A stretch of 64,000 bases of DNA from an uncultured Eubacteriales bacterium (GTDB lineage Bacteria; Bacillota; Clostridia; Oscillospirales; CAG-272): NCBI GenBank assembly GCA_934503195.1, contig CAKSVM010000002.1, positions 850-64,849 of the forward strand. The letters run 5' to 3'. Below the pieces are notes generated by a model. That model ran no database searches. It was not told the origin of the DNA and saw nothing but the letters and a program-made list of their open reading frames with translations. This document shows, in pieces, positions 1-9,473 of this stretch (position 1 is the first letter of the stretch; every line of letters begins with the position of its first letter). Position numbers and translations under genes: made by a program.

Positions 1-1764
1 GCCGCGCAGGATCAGCGAAATCTTTCCGCGTCCCTTTGTCGAGCCGATAAGCTCGCGGTAATATCCGCGCATCTCCGAGACCGGAGCCTTTCCGGTGACA
101 AGAGTCGTCTCGCCGAGCGTTTCGGTCGGGTCGAGCTTTCCGCTCCTTTGCAGAATGTCGGTCATGACCTTGCCGACGAACTCGCCCGGAACCTCGATTC
201 TGAAGTCATACCACGGTTCGAGAAGCAGATTTTCCGCGCCCATCAGCCCCTGACGCACGGCGCGGTAGGTCGCCTGACGGAAATCCCCGCCCTCGGTGTG
301 CTTCTGATGCGCTCTGCCCGCGACGAGGGTTATCTTCATGTCGGTGATCGGCGACCCGGTCAGGACTCCGATATGCTGTTTTTCGGCAAGATGCGTCAGA
401 ACGAGCCGCTGCCAGTTTATGTCAAGTTGATTCTCGGGGAGATCGGCCGAAAATTCCAGTCCGCGTCCGCGCGGGAGCGGCTCCATTAAAAGCTGAACCT
501 CGGCGTAGTGCCGCAGTGGCTCGTAGTGACCGATTCCGAGAGCCGACTCCTTTATCGTCTCGCGGTAGGCGATCCCGCCGTCGGCGAAATCGACGTCGAA
601 TCCGCAGCGTTCGGGGATCAGGCGTTTTAATACCTCAAGCTGAACCTCGCCCATTATCCGCACGTGAATGTCGCCCGACTCGGAGCAGTCGATGTGAAGC
701 TCGGGTTCCTCCTCGCAGAGAGTTTTCAGCTTTGAAAGCGCGGTGTGGACGTCGATCTCCCTTGGAAGCACGACACGGTAGGAAAGCACGGGTTCGAGAT
801 GCGCCGCGCCGGAATCAGTTTCGGTTCCGAGTCCCTCGCCCGGATAGGTGAGCGTCAGCCCGGTGACGGCGCAGATTGTACCCGGAGAAATTTCGTTCAC
901 GGTTTTATATTTCGCCCCGGTGTAGATCCGGATCTGATTCACCTTTTCGTTCCACTCGTTTCCGGACGGGGTTCTTCCGGTGAGCTGATCCCTGACGGCG
1001 AGCCGGCCTCCGGTGAGCTTTATGTGCGTGAGTCTTTCGCCCGAGTCGTCGGTCGTGATCTTGTAGACCTTCGCGCCGAATTCCCTCGGATACGCCGGAG
1101 CCTTCACGAAGCGCGAGACTGTGTCGAGGAGTTTTTCGGTTCCGTCCGACCTCAGCGCCGATCCGAAGCAGACCGGGAAGAGTCTTCTCGCGGCGACCGC
1201 CTCCGAAATCGCCTTGTCCTCAAACGGACGCCCCGCGAGGAAATCCTCCATCAGTTCCTCGCCGCACATCGCGACCGACTCGGCCTGATCCTTTCTCGAA
1301 AGGTCAAGACATGAATCCGAAAGACCGTGGTGAAGCTCAGAAAGCAGCTCGTCGCGCGAATAGGGCGAGATATCCATTTTGTTGACGAAGATGAAAGCCG
1401 GGATTTTATAGCTTTTAAGCAGCCGCCAGAGCGTTTCGGTGTGGCTCTGGATGCCGTCGCTTCCGCTTATCACGAGGACGGCGTAGTCGAGAACCTTGAG
1501 CGTCCGCTCCATCTCGGGCGAGAAATCTATGTGTCCGGGCGTGTCGAGCAGTGTGAATTCTACGTCGTTATACGTGAAGACGGCCTGACTTGAGAAAATC
1601 GTGATTCCGCGGTCGCGCTCGATTTCGTTGGCGTCGAGAAGCGCGGTCTTGTGGTCGACCCGTCCGGGTGAGCGGACGACTCCGGTTTTATATAGTATCG
1701 ACTCAGAGAGCGTGGTCTTGCCCGAGTCGACGTGTGCCAGTATTCCGATTACGATCTTTTTCAT
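1..1764 (-). CDS. Translation-factor GTPase of the EF-G/TetM (ribosomal-protection-like) family; C-terminus cut by window edge
   Basis: Own translation of the minus strand from ATG (complement of 1762-1764) gives MKKIVIGILAHVDSGKTTLSES...LDTPGHIDF...FVNKMD. It stays open to base 1 (588 codons). GTPase G1/G3/G4 motifs and length fit EF-G/TetM paralogs. It is absent from the ORF track because no stop lies in the window. The + ORFs 148-1786 are its mirror frames. Confidence 0.85.
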   Translation of the reverse strand, partial: MKKIVIGILAHVDSGKTTLSESILYKTGVVRSPGRVDHKTALLDANEIERDRGITIFSSQAVFTYNDVEFTLLDTPGHIDFSPEMERTLKVLDYAVLVISGSDGIQSHTETLWRLLKSYKIPAFIFVNKMDISPYSRDELLSELHHGLSDSCLDLSRKDQAESVAMCGEELMEDFLAGRPFEDKAISEAVAARRLFPVCFGSALRSDGTEKLLDTVSRFVKAPAYPREFGAKVYKITTDDSGERLTHIKLTGGRLAVRDQLTGRTPSGNEWNEKVNQIRIYTGAKYKTVNEISPGTICAVTGLTLTYPGEGLGTETDSGAAHLEPVLSYRVVLPREIDVHTALSKLKTLCEEEPELHIDCSESGDIHVRIMGEVQLEVLKRLIPERCGFDVDFADGGIAYRETIKESALGIGHYEPLRHYAEVQLLMEPLPRGRGLEFSADLPENQLDINWQRLVLTHLAEKQHIGVLTGSPITDMKITLVAGRAHQKHTEGGDFRQATYRAVRQGLMGAENLLLEPWYDFRIEVPGEFVGKVMTDILQRSGKLDPTETLGETTLVTGKAPVSEMRGYYRELIGSTKGRGKISLILRG

Positions 1765-1864
1765 ACGCAAAACTCTCTTCAGGTGATTTATACCTCATAT
1801 TATAACGCACAGATATTTCACTGGTATTATCCCAAAATGAACAAATATTTTACACGTTCCCCAC

Positions 1865-1893
1865 TTGAAATTTTCCTCAATCTGTGGTAAAAT
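1865..1893 (+). promoter_or_regulatory. Sigma-70-type promoter for the MFS/GDPD operon
   Basis: TTGAAA (1865-1870), 17-nt spacer ending TGG, TAAAAT (1888-1893); about 33 nt upstream of the ATG at 1926. Confidence 0.6.
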
Positions 1894-1925
1894 AGAGATA
1901 ACGAAACTTTTGAAAGGAACTCATA

Positions 1926-3257
1926 ATGAAACTCAACTACAAGCGTACCCTCGCGGTCGGCTTCGCTTTCTTCCTGATCTGCGCTTTCTGGCAGGCGTAT
2001 GACAGCATCATTCCGAAGATCCTGACCGACAAATTCGGCATGGCGCAGGTCTGGTCGGGCGCGGTCATGGCTCTTGACAACGTCTTCGCGGTCTTTCTTC
2101 TGCCGCTCTTCGGCGCGGTTTCAGACAAGTACAGCGGACGGCTGGGACGCAGAACCCCGTTCATTCTCTTCGGAACAATCGCCGCGTCGATCGGACTCGT
2201 GATCCTTTCGCTGGCCGACGATCTCCAGCTCTCAAAGCTCGACGGACGCGACCCGTGGGAAGTGACGCGCGAAAATCCGATGATCCTCGTCCTTTTCATG
2301 CTGATTCTGTTATTCGTCCTCGTCGCGATGTCGACCTTCAGATCCCCGGCCGTCGCGCTGATGCCCGACGTGACGCCGAAGCCCCTCCGTTCAAAGGGCA
2401 ACGCGATCATAAATCTGATGGGAAGCGCGGGCGGAATCCTCGTCCTGATCCTCGGAATGGTCTTCGGCACCGGAAAGCCCGGGAACTCACAGATGAGCTA
2501 CACCGGATTCTTCGCGGTCATCGCGGGGCTGATGATCGCCGCGCTCGTGATTTTCATGCTGACCGTCCGCGAGAAGAAATGGGCGGCCGAGGCCGATAAG
2601 ATAAACTCAAAGCTCGACAAGGCCGAGATCACCGGAAAGGGCGGAAAGCTCAGCGGCGACGAGAAAAAATCGCTCATCCTGATCCTGGCGTCGGTTGTGC
2701 TCTGGTACATGGGCTACAACGCCGTGACGAGCAAATATTCGGTCTACGCCGGAGCCGTTCTCGGACTCGATTTCAACTTGACGCTGATAATAGCGCAGGC
2801 CGCCGCGATAGTTTCCTACATCCCGGTCGGAATCATCTCGTCAAAGCTCGGGCGGAAAAAGACAATTCTCGCCGGAGTCGTGATGCTCGGCGCGGCCTTC
2901 TTCTTCGCGTCGTTCATGAGAGAGGGAAGCAGTGTTGTCGTGATGAACTGTCTCTTCGCGCTCGCCGGAATCGGCTGGGCGACGATAAACGTCAACAGCT
3001 ACCCGATGGTCGTGGAGCTCGCGAAGTCGGGCGACGTCGGAAAATACACCGGATATTACTACACGGCGAGTATGTCGGCGCAGATAATCACCCCGATCTT
3101 TAGCGGCGCGTTCTTAACCTATGGCGGCATGACGACGCTTTTCCCCTACGCGGCGGTCTTCGTCGCGGGCGCGTTTGTGACGATGCTCTTTGTAAGGCAC
3201 GGCGACTCGCTCGGCGAAAAGAAGGATCTCCTCGAACATCTTGACGTGGGCGACTGA
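1926..3257 (+). CDS. MFS transporter (SLC45/GPH-like, 12-TM type)
   Basis: 443-aa highly hydrophobic ORF. It has the MFS loop motif GAVSDKYSGRLGRRTPF after TM2. The RBS-like GAAAGGAAC lies upstream. Confidence 0.85.
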   Translation: MKLNYKRTLAVGFAFFLICAFWQAYDSIIPKILTDKFGMAQVWSGAVMALDNVFAVFLLPLFGAVSDKYSGRLGRRTPFILFGTIAASIGLVILSLADDLQLSKLDGRDPWEVTRENPMILVLFMLILLFVLVAMSTFRSPAVALMPDVTPKPLRSKGNAIINLMGSAGGILVLILGMVFGTGKPGNSQMSYTGFFAVIAGLMIAALVIFMLTVREKKWAAEADKINSKLDKAEITGKGGKLSGDEKKSLILILASVVLWYMGYNAVTSKYSVYAGAVLGLDFNLTLIIAQAAAIVSYIPVGIISSKLGRKKTILAGVVMLGAAFFFASFMREGSSVVVMNCLFALAGIGWATINVNSYPMVVELAKSGDVGKYTGYYYTASMSAQIITPIFSGAFLTYGGMTTLFPYAAVFVAGAFVTMLFVRHGDSLGEKKDLLEHLDVGD

Positions 3258-3258
3258 C

Positions 3259-4062
3259 ATGGCGGTTATTATAATTCTTCTGATTATCCTCGCGCTGTGG
3301 GTTTTCCTGATCTTCCCCGGAAAGCGGACGATTCCCGGGGTTTTCCGCCGCGACTACGCTCACCGCGGGCTTCACAACAACGGCGATTCCGGAGAGATTC
3401 CGCATATCCCCGAAAATTCGCTTCCGGCGTTTGATCTCGCCGCGTCGAAGGGATTCGCGATCGAGCTTGACGTTCAGCTATCAAATGACGGCGAGGTCTA
3501 TGTCTTCCACGACTATTCACTGAAACGCATGACCGGGCGCGACGCGAAGCTCTCTGAGCTTGACTCGGAGGAACTTGACGAACTCCGGCTCCTTGACACC
3601 GATGAGAGAATTCCGCGCTTTACAGAAGTCCTTGAAAAGATTGCCGGGCGCGTTCCGATACTTGTCGAACTAAAAGGCGAGAGTATGGACACCTCGCTCT
3701 GTCCGAAAACCGACACGATTCTCTCGGCCTACAGCGGAGATTACATCGTCGAGTCGTTCAATCCGCTTTTACTCTGCTGGTACAGAAAGCATCGTCCCGA
3801 CGTGATCCGCGGACAGCTTTACACGAATGTCGTGAAGTCGAACGGATTTTCCGCGCTGAATCTCTTTCTCACCGGGATGTTGTTTAATTTTCTCGTCCGC
3901 CCGGATTTCGTGGCGTATGACAAGGCAAGGCCGGATTCGGTTCCGGTCGCGCTGACAAGGTTTTTCGGCACGGGGCAGTTTGTCTGGACGATAAAGTCGC
4001 GTGAGGAGTACGCGAAAAAGAAAAAAGCCTTAGCGATTTTCGAGGGCTTTATACCGGATTAA
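3259..4062 (+). CDS. Membrane-anchored glycerophosphodiester phosphodiesterase family protein
   Basis: GDPD motifs: YAHRGLH...ENSLPAF...IELDVQLSNDGEVYVFHD. N-terminal TM helix MAVIIILLIILALWVFLIF. ATG at 3259 is preferred over the TTG at 3241 and lies 1 nt after the MFS stop. Confidence 0.85.
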   Translation: MAVIIILLIILALWVFLIFPGKRTIPGVFRRDYAHRGLHNNGDSGEIPHIPENSLPAFDLAASKGFAIELDVQLSNDGEVYVFHDYSLKRMTGRDAKLSELDSEELDELRLLDTDERIPRFTEVLEKIAGRVPILVELKGESMDTSLCPKTDTILSAYSGDYIVESFNPLLLCWYRKHRPDVIRGQLYTNVVKSNGFSALNLFLTGMLFNFLVRPDFVAYDKARPDSVPVALTRFFGTGQFVWTIKSREEYAKKKKALAIFEGFIPD

Positions 4063-4069
4063 AACACAA

Positions 4070-4095
4070 GGCGGCCGCGAAGCGGCCGCCTTTTT
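4070..4095. terminator. Bidirectional rho-independent terminator between convergent genes
   Basis: Perfect hairpin GGCGGCCGC-gaa-GCGGCCGCC followed by TTTTT on +. An A/T-rich tract lies on the other side for the minus-strand pmbA. Confidence 0.8.
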
Positions 4096-4118
4096 GCGCG
4101 TGTTTTGTTATCCTGTTT

Positions 4119-5480
4119 TTATTCTCCCGCGACCGAAAGTCCTTTTATCAGCGTGTCGGGAGCCGCGATGTTGGTGTAGCCTGGGCCGCCGAAGTCGATG
4201 AAGGAGCTGAGCGTGTCGACCGATTTCAGGAGATCGAAGAAGTTTCCGGCGATCGTGAAGGACTTGACCGGCGCGGATTTCTTTCCGCTTTCGATGAGGA
4301 AGCCCTCGGACTCGATCGAGAAATCGCCCGTGATCGCGTTGGCTCCGGCGTGGAAGCCCTTCATTCCGGTGACGAGAATTCCGTCGCCCGCCTTTTCGAT
4401 AAGCTCGTCGGTCGAAAGCTTTCCAGGCTCGATATAGAACCAGAAGGGAGTCGTGTCGATCGAGGATCCGTTGCGGTCGGCGTTTCCGGTCGTCTCCACG
4501 CCGTCCTTTTCGGCCGAGTTCAGGTTGTAGAGGAGCGTTTTCAGCACGCCGTTCTCGATGACCTTCTTCTCACGCGTCGGAACGCCCTCGCCGTCGAAGT
4601 TTATCTGCATCGTGTTGCCGGGATAGAAAGGCGTGTCGGTGATCGAAACGCAGTCGGCCGCGATCTTTTCGCCGGTCTTGCCTTTGAGGAGCGAAAGCCC
4701 CTTCTGCGCGTTCTCGGCGAAGAACACCGACACGAAGGTCGAGAGAATGTTCGACATCTGCTTCGAATTAAAGATTATATTGTACTTTCCGGTTTTGGGA
4801 CGTCCCGCGCCGAACTTGGCGCGCGCGCCGTCGATGATCTTCTTCGCCAGTGCCTCGCGGTCAAGGCGTTCGCCGTCGGTTTTGCCGAAGCAGTTGTACT
4901 TCGACTCGTAGTCGTAGACTTTTTCGTTTCCGTCGTCGAGAACCGCGTACATATAGGCCGCCGTGTTGCCGACGTGGCTCTGGAGGTCGAGTCCCTTCGA
5001 GTTGTAGAGGAAGATTGTGCTTTCTCCGCCGCCGGCGTAGCACTCGGTTCCGTCGGCGACCTGAGGATCGGCCGCGTAGACCGTGTTCCGGCAGTCCATG
5101 ACTACCTTCTTGACCTCGGCGGCGTCGGGCATCTCAAACTCGTGCTTTTCGACCGGGTGGTAATCCCCGGGCTTCGCGCCGCCGAAGATGATCGCCTTTT
5201 CGTCCTTTTCGATGAGCTTCGCGTTATCGGCCGCGCGGCTGACAAGCGATCTCACCTCGTCCTCGGTCAAAAGCGCGGTCGACGCGTATCCGAGCTTTCC
5301 GTCGACTATGCAGCGGAAGGAGAGCGAGCTTCCGACGCTGCTCGAAAACGAGCTGATTTCGTCCCGGTAGGTTTCGGCTCCGATCGAGGCGTCCTCGATA
5401 TAGTAAAGCTCATACTCGGTGATTCCGAGCGACTCGGCCGCTTCCTTCGCGGCCTTCTTAAGTGAATCAAAGTTGTTCAT
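4119..5480 (-). CDS. pmbA: PmbA/TldE family metalloprotease partner
   Basis: 453-aa ORF immediately downstream of tldD (1-nt gap). Typical PmbA_TldD family sequence without the HExxxH motif. Confidence 0.85.
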   Translation of the reverse strand: MNNFDSLKKAAKEAAESLGITEYELYYIEDASIGAETYRDEISSFSSSVGSSLSFRCIVDGKLGYASTALLTEDEVRSLVSRAADNAKLIEKDEKAIIFGGAKPGDYHPVEKHEFEMPDAAEVKKVVMDCRNTVYAADPQVADGTECYAGGGESTIFLYNSKGLDLQSHVGNTAAYMYAVLDDGNEKVYDYESKYNCFGKTDGERLDREALAKKIIDGARAKFGAGRPKTGKYNIIFNSKQMSNILSTFVSVFFAENAQKGLSLLKGKTGEKIAADCVSITDTPFYPGNTMQINFDGEGVPTREKKVIENGVLKTLLYNLNSAEKDGVETTGNADRNGSSIDTTPFWFYIEPGKLSTDELIEKAGDGILVTGMKGFHAGANAITGDFSIESEGFLIESGKKSAPVKSFTIAGNFFDLLKSVDTLSSFIDFGGPGYTNIAAPDTLIKGLSVAGE

Positions 5481-5481
5481 C

Positions 5482-6861
5482 TTATCTGCCTCCTACCGTG
5501 ATCTCTCTGACCCTGATGAGCGGCTGGCCGACGTCGGTCGGGATAGATCCGCTTGACGATCCGCACATTCCCTGCGCGCGGGCGAGATTCTGTCCGACCA
5601 TGTCGATGTCCATCAGTATCTCGGAGCCTTTGCCGATCAGCGACGCGCCGCGGACTGCCTCGCAGATCTTTCCGTTACGGACGATATAGCCCTCGCTGAC
5701 CGCGAAGTTGAAGGAGCCGTCGATCGGATTGACCGAGCCGCCGCCCATCTTCTTAGCGTAAAGTCCGTATTCGATCGAGGCGATGATGTCCTCGTTCTTA
5801 TCGGTTCCGTTTTCGATGAAGGTGTTGGTCATGCGCGAGGTGGGGTCGTACTCAAAGCTCTGTCTGCGGCTCGAACCGTTAGCTTCCATGCCCATTCTGC
5901 GGCCGTTGAGCTTGTCGATCATATAGCACTTCAGAACGCCCTTTTCAATGAGAACCTTGCGGTTTGACGGAGTTCCCTCGTCGTCGATGTTCATTGAGCC
6001 CCACGCGTTCGGAATCGTGCCGTCGTCGATCGCGGTGACCTTTTCGGAGGCGATCTTCTGACCGAGCTTTCCGGCCATCTGGGAGGTGTTCTTGGCGACC
6101 GACGTGGCTTCGAGCGAGTGTCCGCAGGCCTCGTGGAAGATTACTCCTCCGAAGCCGTTTTCAATCGCTACGGTCATTTTTCCGGCCGGGCAGTAGGACG
6201 CGCCGAGGTTCACCATCGCCTGTCTCGCGGCCTCGCGGCCGACGTCGGCGGGGTTGATTTTTTCGAACATTTCAAGTCCCATGCGGCTTCCGGGCGACTC
6301 TCCGCCCGACTGATTCTCGCCGTCCCTGCTCGCTACCGCGCCGATCGCGAGTCTGGTTCTTATCTGGCGGTCGCCGGTGAGAAGTCCGTCGCTGTTGGCG
6401 ATAAGGATCGAGTGATCGACGTCGAGGAGCGTTCCGCGCACCTGAGAGATCTCGGGCGCGTATTCCTTCGCGGCGAAGTAGCCGGATTTGAGGATATCGA
6501 TCTTGGTTGCCTTCTTCGCGGTGTCGGGGACGATCTTTACGGGGTGGATGTTCGGGAAGATACGCTCGGTCAGGTGGATCTGGATCTCAGCCTTGCCGTC
6601 GGCAAGGACGTCGGCGACCTGTCCGGCGCAGCGGAGCAGACCCTCGCGGGTGAGATCCGTGGTCGACGCGCTGACCATGCGGAGTCCCGAAAACGCGCGG
6701 ATGCCGACTCCGGCGACCGTGGTGTCCGAGATTTCCTCGACTCTGCTGTCGATCATGCTTATCGCGTTGTATCGCGAATTCTCGGCGAAGACCTCGGCAA
6801 AGTCCGCGCCGGTTGACATGGCGCGCCCGAGGACCTCTTCGAGAAGCTGTTTTGCTATCAT
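5482..6861 (-). CDS. tldD: TldD metalloprotease
   Basis: 459 aa. Contains the HEACGHSLE (HExxxH) motif and the GSCG-type C-terminal region (GMCGSSSGSIP) characteristic of TldD. Confidence 0.9.
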   Translation of the reverse strand: MIAKQLLEEVLGRAMSTGADFAEVFAENSRYNAISMIDSRVEEISDTTVAGVGIRAFSGLRMVSASTTDLTREGLLRCAGQVADVLADGKAEIQIHLTERIFPNIHPVKIVPDTAKKATKIDILKSGYFAAKEYAPEISQVRGTLLDVDHSILIANSDGLLTGDRQIRTRLAIGAVASRDGENQSGGESPGSRMGLEMFEKINPADVGREAARQAMVNLGASYCPAGKMTVAIENGFGGVIFHEACGHSLEATSVAKNTSQMAGKLGQKIASEKVTAIDDGTIPNAWGSMNIDDEGTPSNRKVLIEKGVLKCYMIDKLNGRRMGMEANGSSRRQSFEYDPTSRMTNTFIENGTDKNEDIIASIEYGLYAKKMGGGSVNPIDGSFNFAVSEGYIVRNGKICEAVRGASLIGKGSEILMDIDMVGQNLARAQGMCGSSSGSIPTDVGQPLIRVREITVGGR

Positions 6862-6923
6862 TTTCCTTGTTCTCCTTTCAGGATGATAACTCTATTGTAC
6901 CATATTTCACAGGAAAAAGGAAG

Positions 6924-6951
6924 ACCCGGACGCGAAAATTTACGTCCGGGT
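6924..6951 (-). terminator. Terminator downstream of melA
   Basis: 9-bp stem ACCCGGACG/CGTCCGGGT. On the minus strand it is followed by CTTCCTTTTTCC. Confidence 0.6.
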
Positions 6952-6979
6952 GGGAAAAATTCACAAATTATGCGATGTT

Positions 6980-8308
6980 TCAGTCGCCATACTCGGGAAG
7001 CCAATCGCCGTGAGCCGCGATAAGCTCGTCGCAGAGCTTCACTATGTCGTCTATCGAAAGCTCGGCCGCGGTGTGGGGTTCGAGCATCGCCGCCTGATAG
7101 ATCTTCGAACGCGATTTTGTGACCGCCGCCTCGATTGTCAGAAGCTGCGGGTTTATGTCCGCCGAGTTCATCGCGGCGAGGACTGTCGGAAGCTTTCCGA
7201 TCTTCGTCGGGTGGATGCCCATTCCGTCGACAAGGCAGGGAACCTCGACGCAGGCGTCAGGTGAGAGATTCGTTATAAGACCGTCGTTTATGACGTTTCC
7301 GCCGATTTCATAGGGCTTTCCGGTGACTACCGCCTCCATGATGTAGGACGCGTATTCGAGGCTGCGGTTGTGGGTCAGCTTCGACGGGTCGTCAAGAAGC
7401 TCGGAACGCTGCTTTTTCCAGTTCTCGATCTGATTTACGCAGCGTCTGGGATATTCGTCGAGCGGGATGTTGTATTTTTCGATCAGCTCGGGATACTTCG
7501 ACTTGATGTAGAAGGGATTGTACTCGGCGTTATGCTCGCTCGACTCGGTGCAGTAATAGCCGAAGCGGTTTATGTAATCGAACCTGACCATGTCGCAGTG
7601 CTTTTCGGTGCGGTTCTTTTCGATGGCGCGGCGTTTCGCCTCGGGATAGATATCGTTGCCCTCAAGGTCATGAAGTTCGAGAAGCCAGCCCATGTGGTTG
7701 ATTCCGGCGATCAGCGCGGAATTCTTTCCGACGTACTCGTCCATTCCGACCCGTCTCAAAAGCGTGTCGGCGCAGGTCTGGACGCTGTGGCAGAGTCCGA
7801 TTGTCTTCACTTTGGTGAATCTCTGCATATATCCGGTGAGCATCGCCATAGGGTTGGTGTAGTTGAGGAAGAGGGCGTCCGGACAGACCTCCTCGATGTC
7901 GCGCGCGATTTTCTCAAGCACGGGAATGGTTCTGAGCGCGCGGAAGATTCCGCCGATTCCGAGTGTGTCGCCGATAGTCTGCCGCAGACCGAACTTTTTC
8001 GGAATTTCGAAATCGGTCACGGTGCAGGGCTCGTAGCCGCCGACCTGAATCGCGTTGATGACGAACCGCGCGCCCTCAAGCGCCGCCCTGCGCTCGCTTA
8101 TTCCGAGGTACTTCTTTATTGTCGCCGCGCCGTTATTGATATTTTTATTGAGGGCGGTGAGCATCAGATACGAGTCCTCAAGCCGCTCGGAGTCGATATC
8201 ATAGAGCGCGATCTCGGCCTCGTGAAGCGACGGGGTGAGCATGGTGTCGCCGATGACGTTTTTTACAAACACGGTGCTTCCCGCGCCGATGAAGGTGATT
8301 TTAAGCAT
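6980..8308 (-). CDS. melA: GH4 NAD-dependent alpha-galactosidase (MelA-like)
   Basis: 442 aa. N-terminal Rossmann motif KITFIGAGSTVFVKN. GGYEPCTVTDFEIPKKFGLRQTIGDTLG, GLCHSVQ and C-terminal AAHGDWLP closely recall E. coli MelA from memory. Confidence 0.9.
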   Translation of the reverse strand: MLKITFIGAGSTVFVKNVIGDTMLTPSLHEAEIALYDIDSERLEDSYLMLTALNKNINNGAATIKKYLGISERRAALEGARFVINAIQVGGYEPCTVTDFEIPKKFGLRQTIGDTLGIGGIFRALRTIPVLEKIARDIEEVCPDALFLNYTNPMAMLTGYMQRFTKVKTIGLCHSVQTCADTLLRRVGMDEYVGKNSALIAGINHMGWLLELHDLEGNDIYPEAKRRAIEKNRTEKHCDMVRFDYINRFGYYCTESSEHNAEYNPFYIKSKYPELIEKYNIPLDEYPRRCVNQIENWKKQRSELLDDPSKLTHNRSLEYASYIMEAVVTGKPYEIGGNVINDGLITNLSPDACVEVPCLVDGMGIHPTKIGKLPTVLAAMNSADINPQLLTIEAAVTKSRSKIYQAAMLEPHTAAELSIDDIVKLCDELIAAHGDWLPEYGD

Positions 8309-8367
8309 TTTATGGCCTCCTTGAAATTTTCCGGATATATTATAGCATTATTTGTGTCAAATGTCAA

Positions 8368-8397
8368 TTGCAAAAAGGAAGGAATATATGGTATAAT
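8368..8397 (+). promoter_or_regulatory. Promoter of the AraC-type regulator gene
   Basis: TTGCAA (8368-8373), 18-nt spacer ending TGG, TATAAT (8392-8397). RBS AAGGAG lies before the ATG at 8427. Confidence 0.6.
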
Positions 8398-8426
8398 GTA
8401 AGATATAAGTTGAAGGAGATGATCAG

Positions 8427-9405
8427 ATGAGAATCGGAGTTTCACCCGGCGAGATTGATCTGGCGGACCGCGGCTTTACGGATCTGAATCCGGTGCTTTG
8501 CGGCGACGAGGCCTGTCCGCCGGGACATAATGTGGGGCCGGGCGCGAGAAGCTGCTATCTTCTGCACTATATCGTCAGCGGCCGGGGAACGCTCGAAAAT
8601 CCGCGCGGAAGCTTTGAGGTGGGCGCGGGAAAATGCTTCCTCATCCGTCCTGACGAGCTGACGGTCTACCGCGCGGACGACGCCGACCCGTGGTATTATG
8701 GCAATACCGCACAATTCGCGGCTGACGCCTTAAGCACGCATCTGCTTGCGTCTTTTCCGTCATACGTCACAAAAATTCTTGACGTGGGACCTACCACGCC
8801 TGCGAATTTTTGTTTAGTCTGACGAAATAATCTGACGACTTGCGGAGCAAGTCGTGCGCATCCTACGCGCTTAGAATTATGCGGTGTTGCCTTATATCTG
8901 GATCGGACTGACCGGAAAGCTCGCCCCGCGCCTTGTCGAATACGGCGACGTGATAGATATCGGGTATCCGACGCTCTTCACGACTCTTCCGGAATGCCGG
9001 AACTTTGAGAAGGGACGCGAGGAATTTCTGGCGGGGAAGGCCTTCATGCTGCTTTCGGCTCTGAGCTCGGCGGCTCCGGGCAGAGTCAGGCACGGCACAC
9101 GCGAGACTGTCGAATACGCCGCGAACTTCATAAACCAGAACTACGGAGAGCGGATAGTCGTCGGGGAGCTCGCCGACCGGCTTCATTTCGACCGGCATTA
9201 TTTTTCCGCGATGTTTCACCGCGTGTACGGAATGAGTCCGAAGGAATACATCACGATGGTGAAGCTCGACAACGCCGACCGCCTTTTGAAGTCCGGAATG
9301 AGCGTCTCCGAGGTCGCGCTGATGGTCGGGTACACCGACATTGCCGGATTCTCGAGGCTATACAAGAAGCGGTTCGGAAAGAGCCCGTCAGGGTGGGCGA
9401 GATAA
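8427..9405 (+). pseudogene. AraC family transcriptional regulator interrupted by a MITE insertion
   Basis: The cupin-type N-terminal half (8427-8699, ...RADDADPWYY) and the remainder (8896-9405, IWIGLTGK... plus the AraC HTH GMSPKEYITMVKLDNA...GYTDIAGFSRLYKKRFGKSP) lie in different frames. They are separated by 196 bp. Removing 8700-8895 joins them in frame as DPWYYIWIGLTG. Confidence 0.9.
8700..8891. mobile_element. 192-bp non-autonomous MITE-like insertion
   Basis: 18-bp terminal inverted repeats: GGCAATACCGCACAATTC (8700-8717) versus the complement of GAATTATGCGGTGTTGCC (8874-8891), 16/18 matching. Flanking 4-bp direct duplication TTAT (8696-8699 and 8892-8895). Internal 9-bp hairpin at 8835-8855. 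No ORF of transposase size. Confidence 0.85.
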
Positions 9406-9425
9406 GAGCGGGCGGACAGAAAGAC

Positions 9426-9460
9426 CCGGGCGCGTTTTTTTCGCGTCCGGGCGGTTTTTT
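9426..9460. terminator. Terminator between the convergent AraC and DeoR genes
   Basis: Stem CCGGGCGCG/CGCGTCCGG (one G-T pair) with a T7 loop, followed by GCGGTTTTTT. Confidence 0.65.
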
Positions 9461-9473
9461 GTGATTTTGTGTG

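Noticed and set aside
1-1764. Calling the GTPase a tetracycline-resistance determinant
   Set aside because: Only family-level motifs are visible and the C-terminus is missing. Many Clostridia carry non-resistance paralogs, so the call is kept as family only.
148-1786. Five + strand ORFs (113, 111, 189, 88 and 61 aa) listed in the track
   Set aside because: They are mirror frames of the minus-strand EF-G/TetM-like GTPase. Their products are R/G/P-rich and low-complexity with no RBS, whereas the minus frame has clear GTPase motifs.
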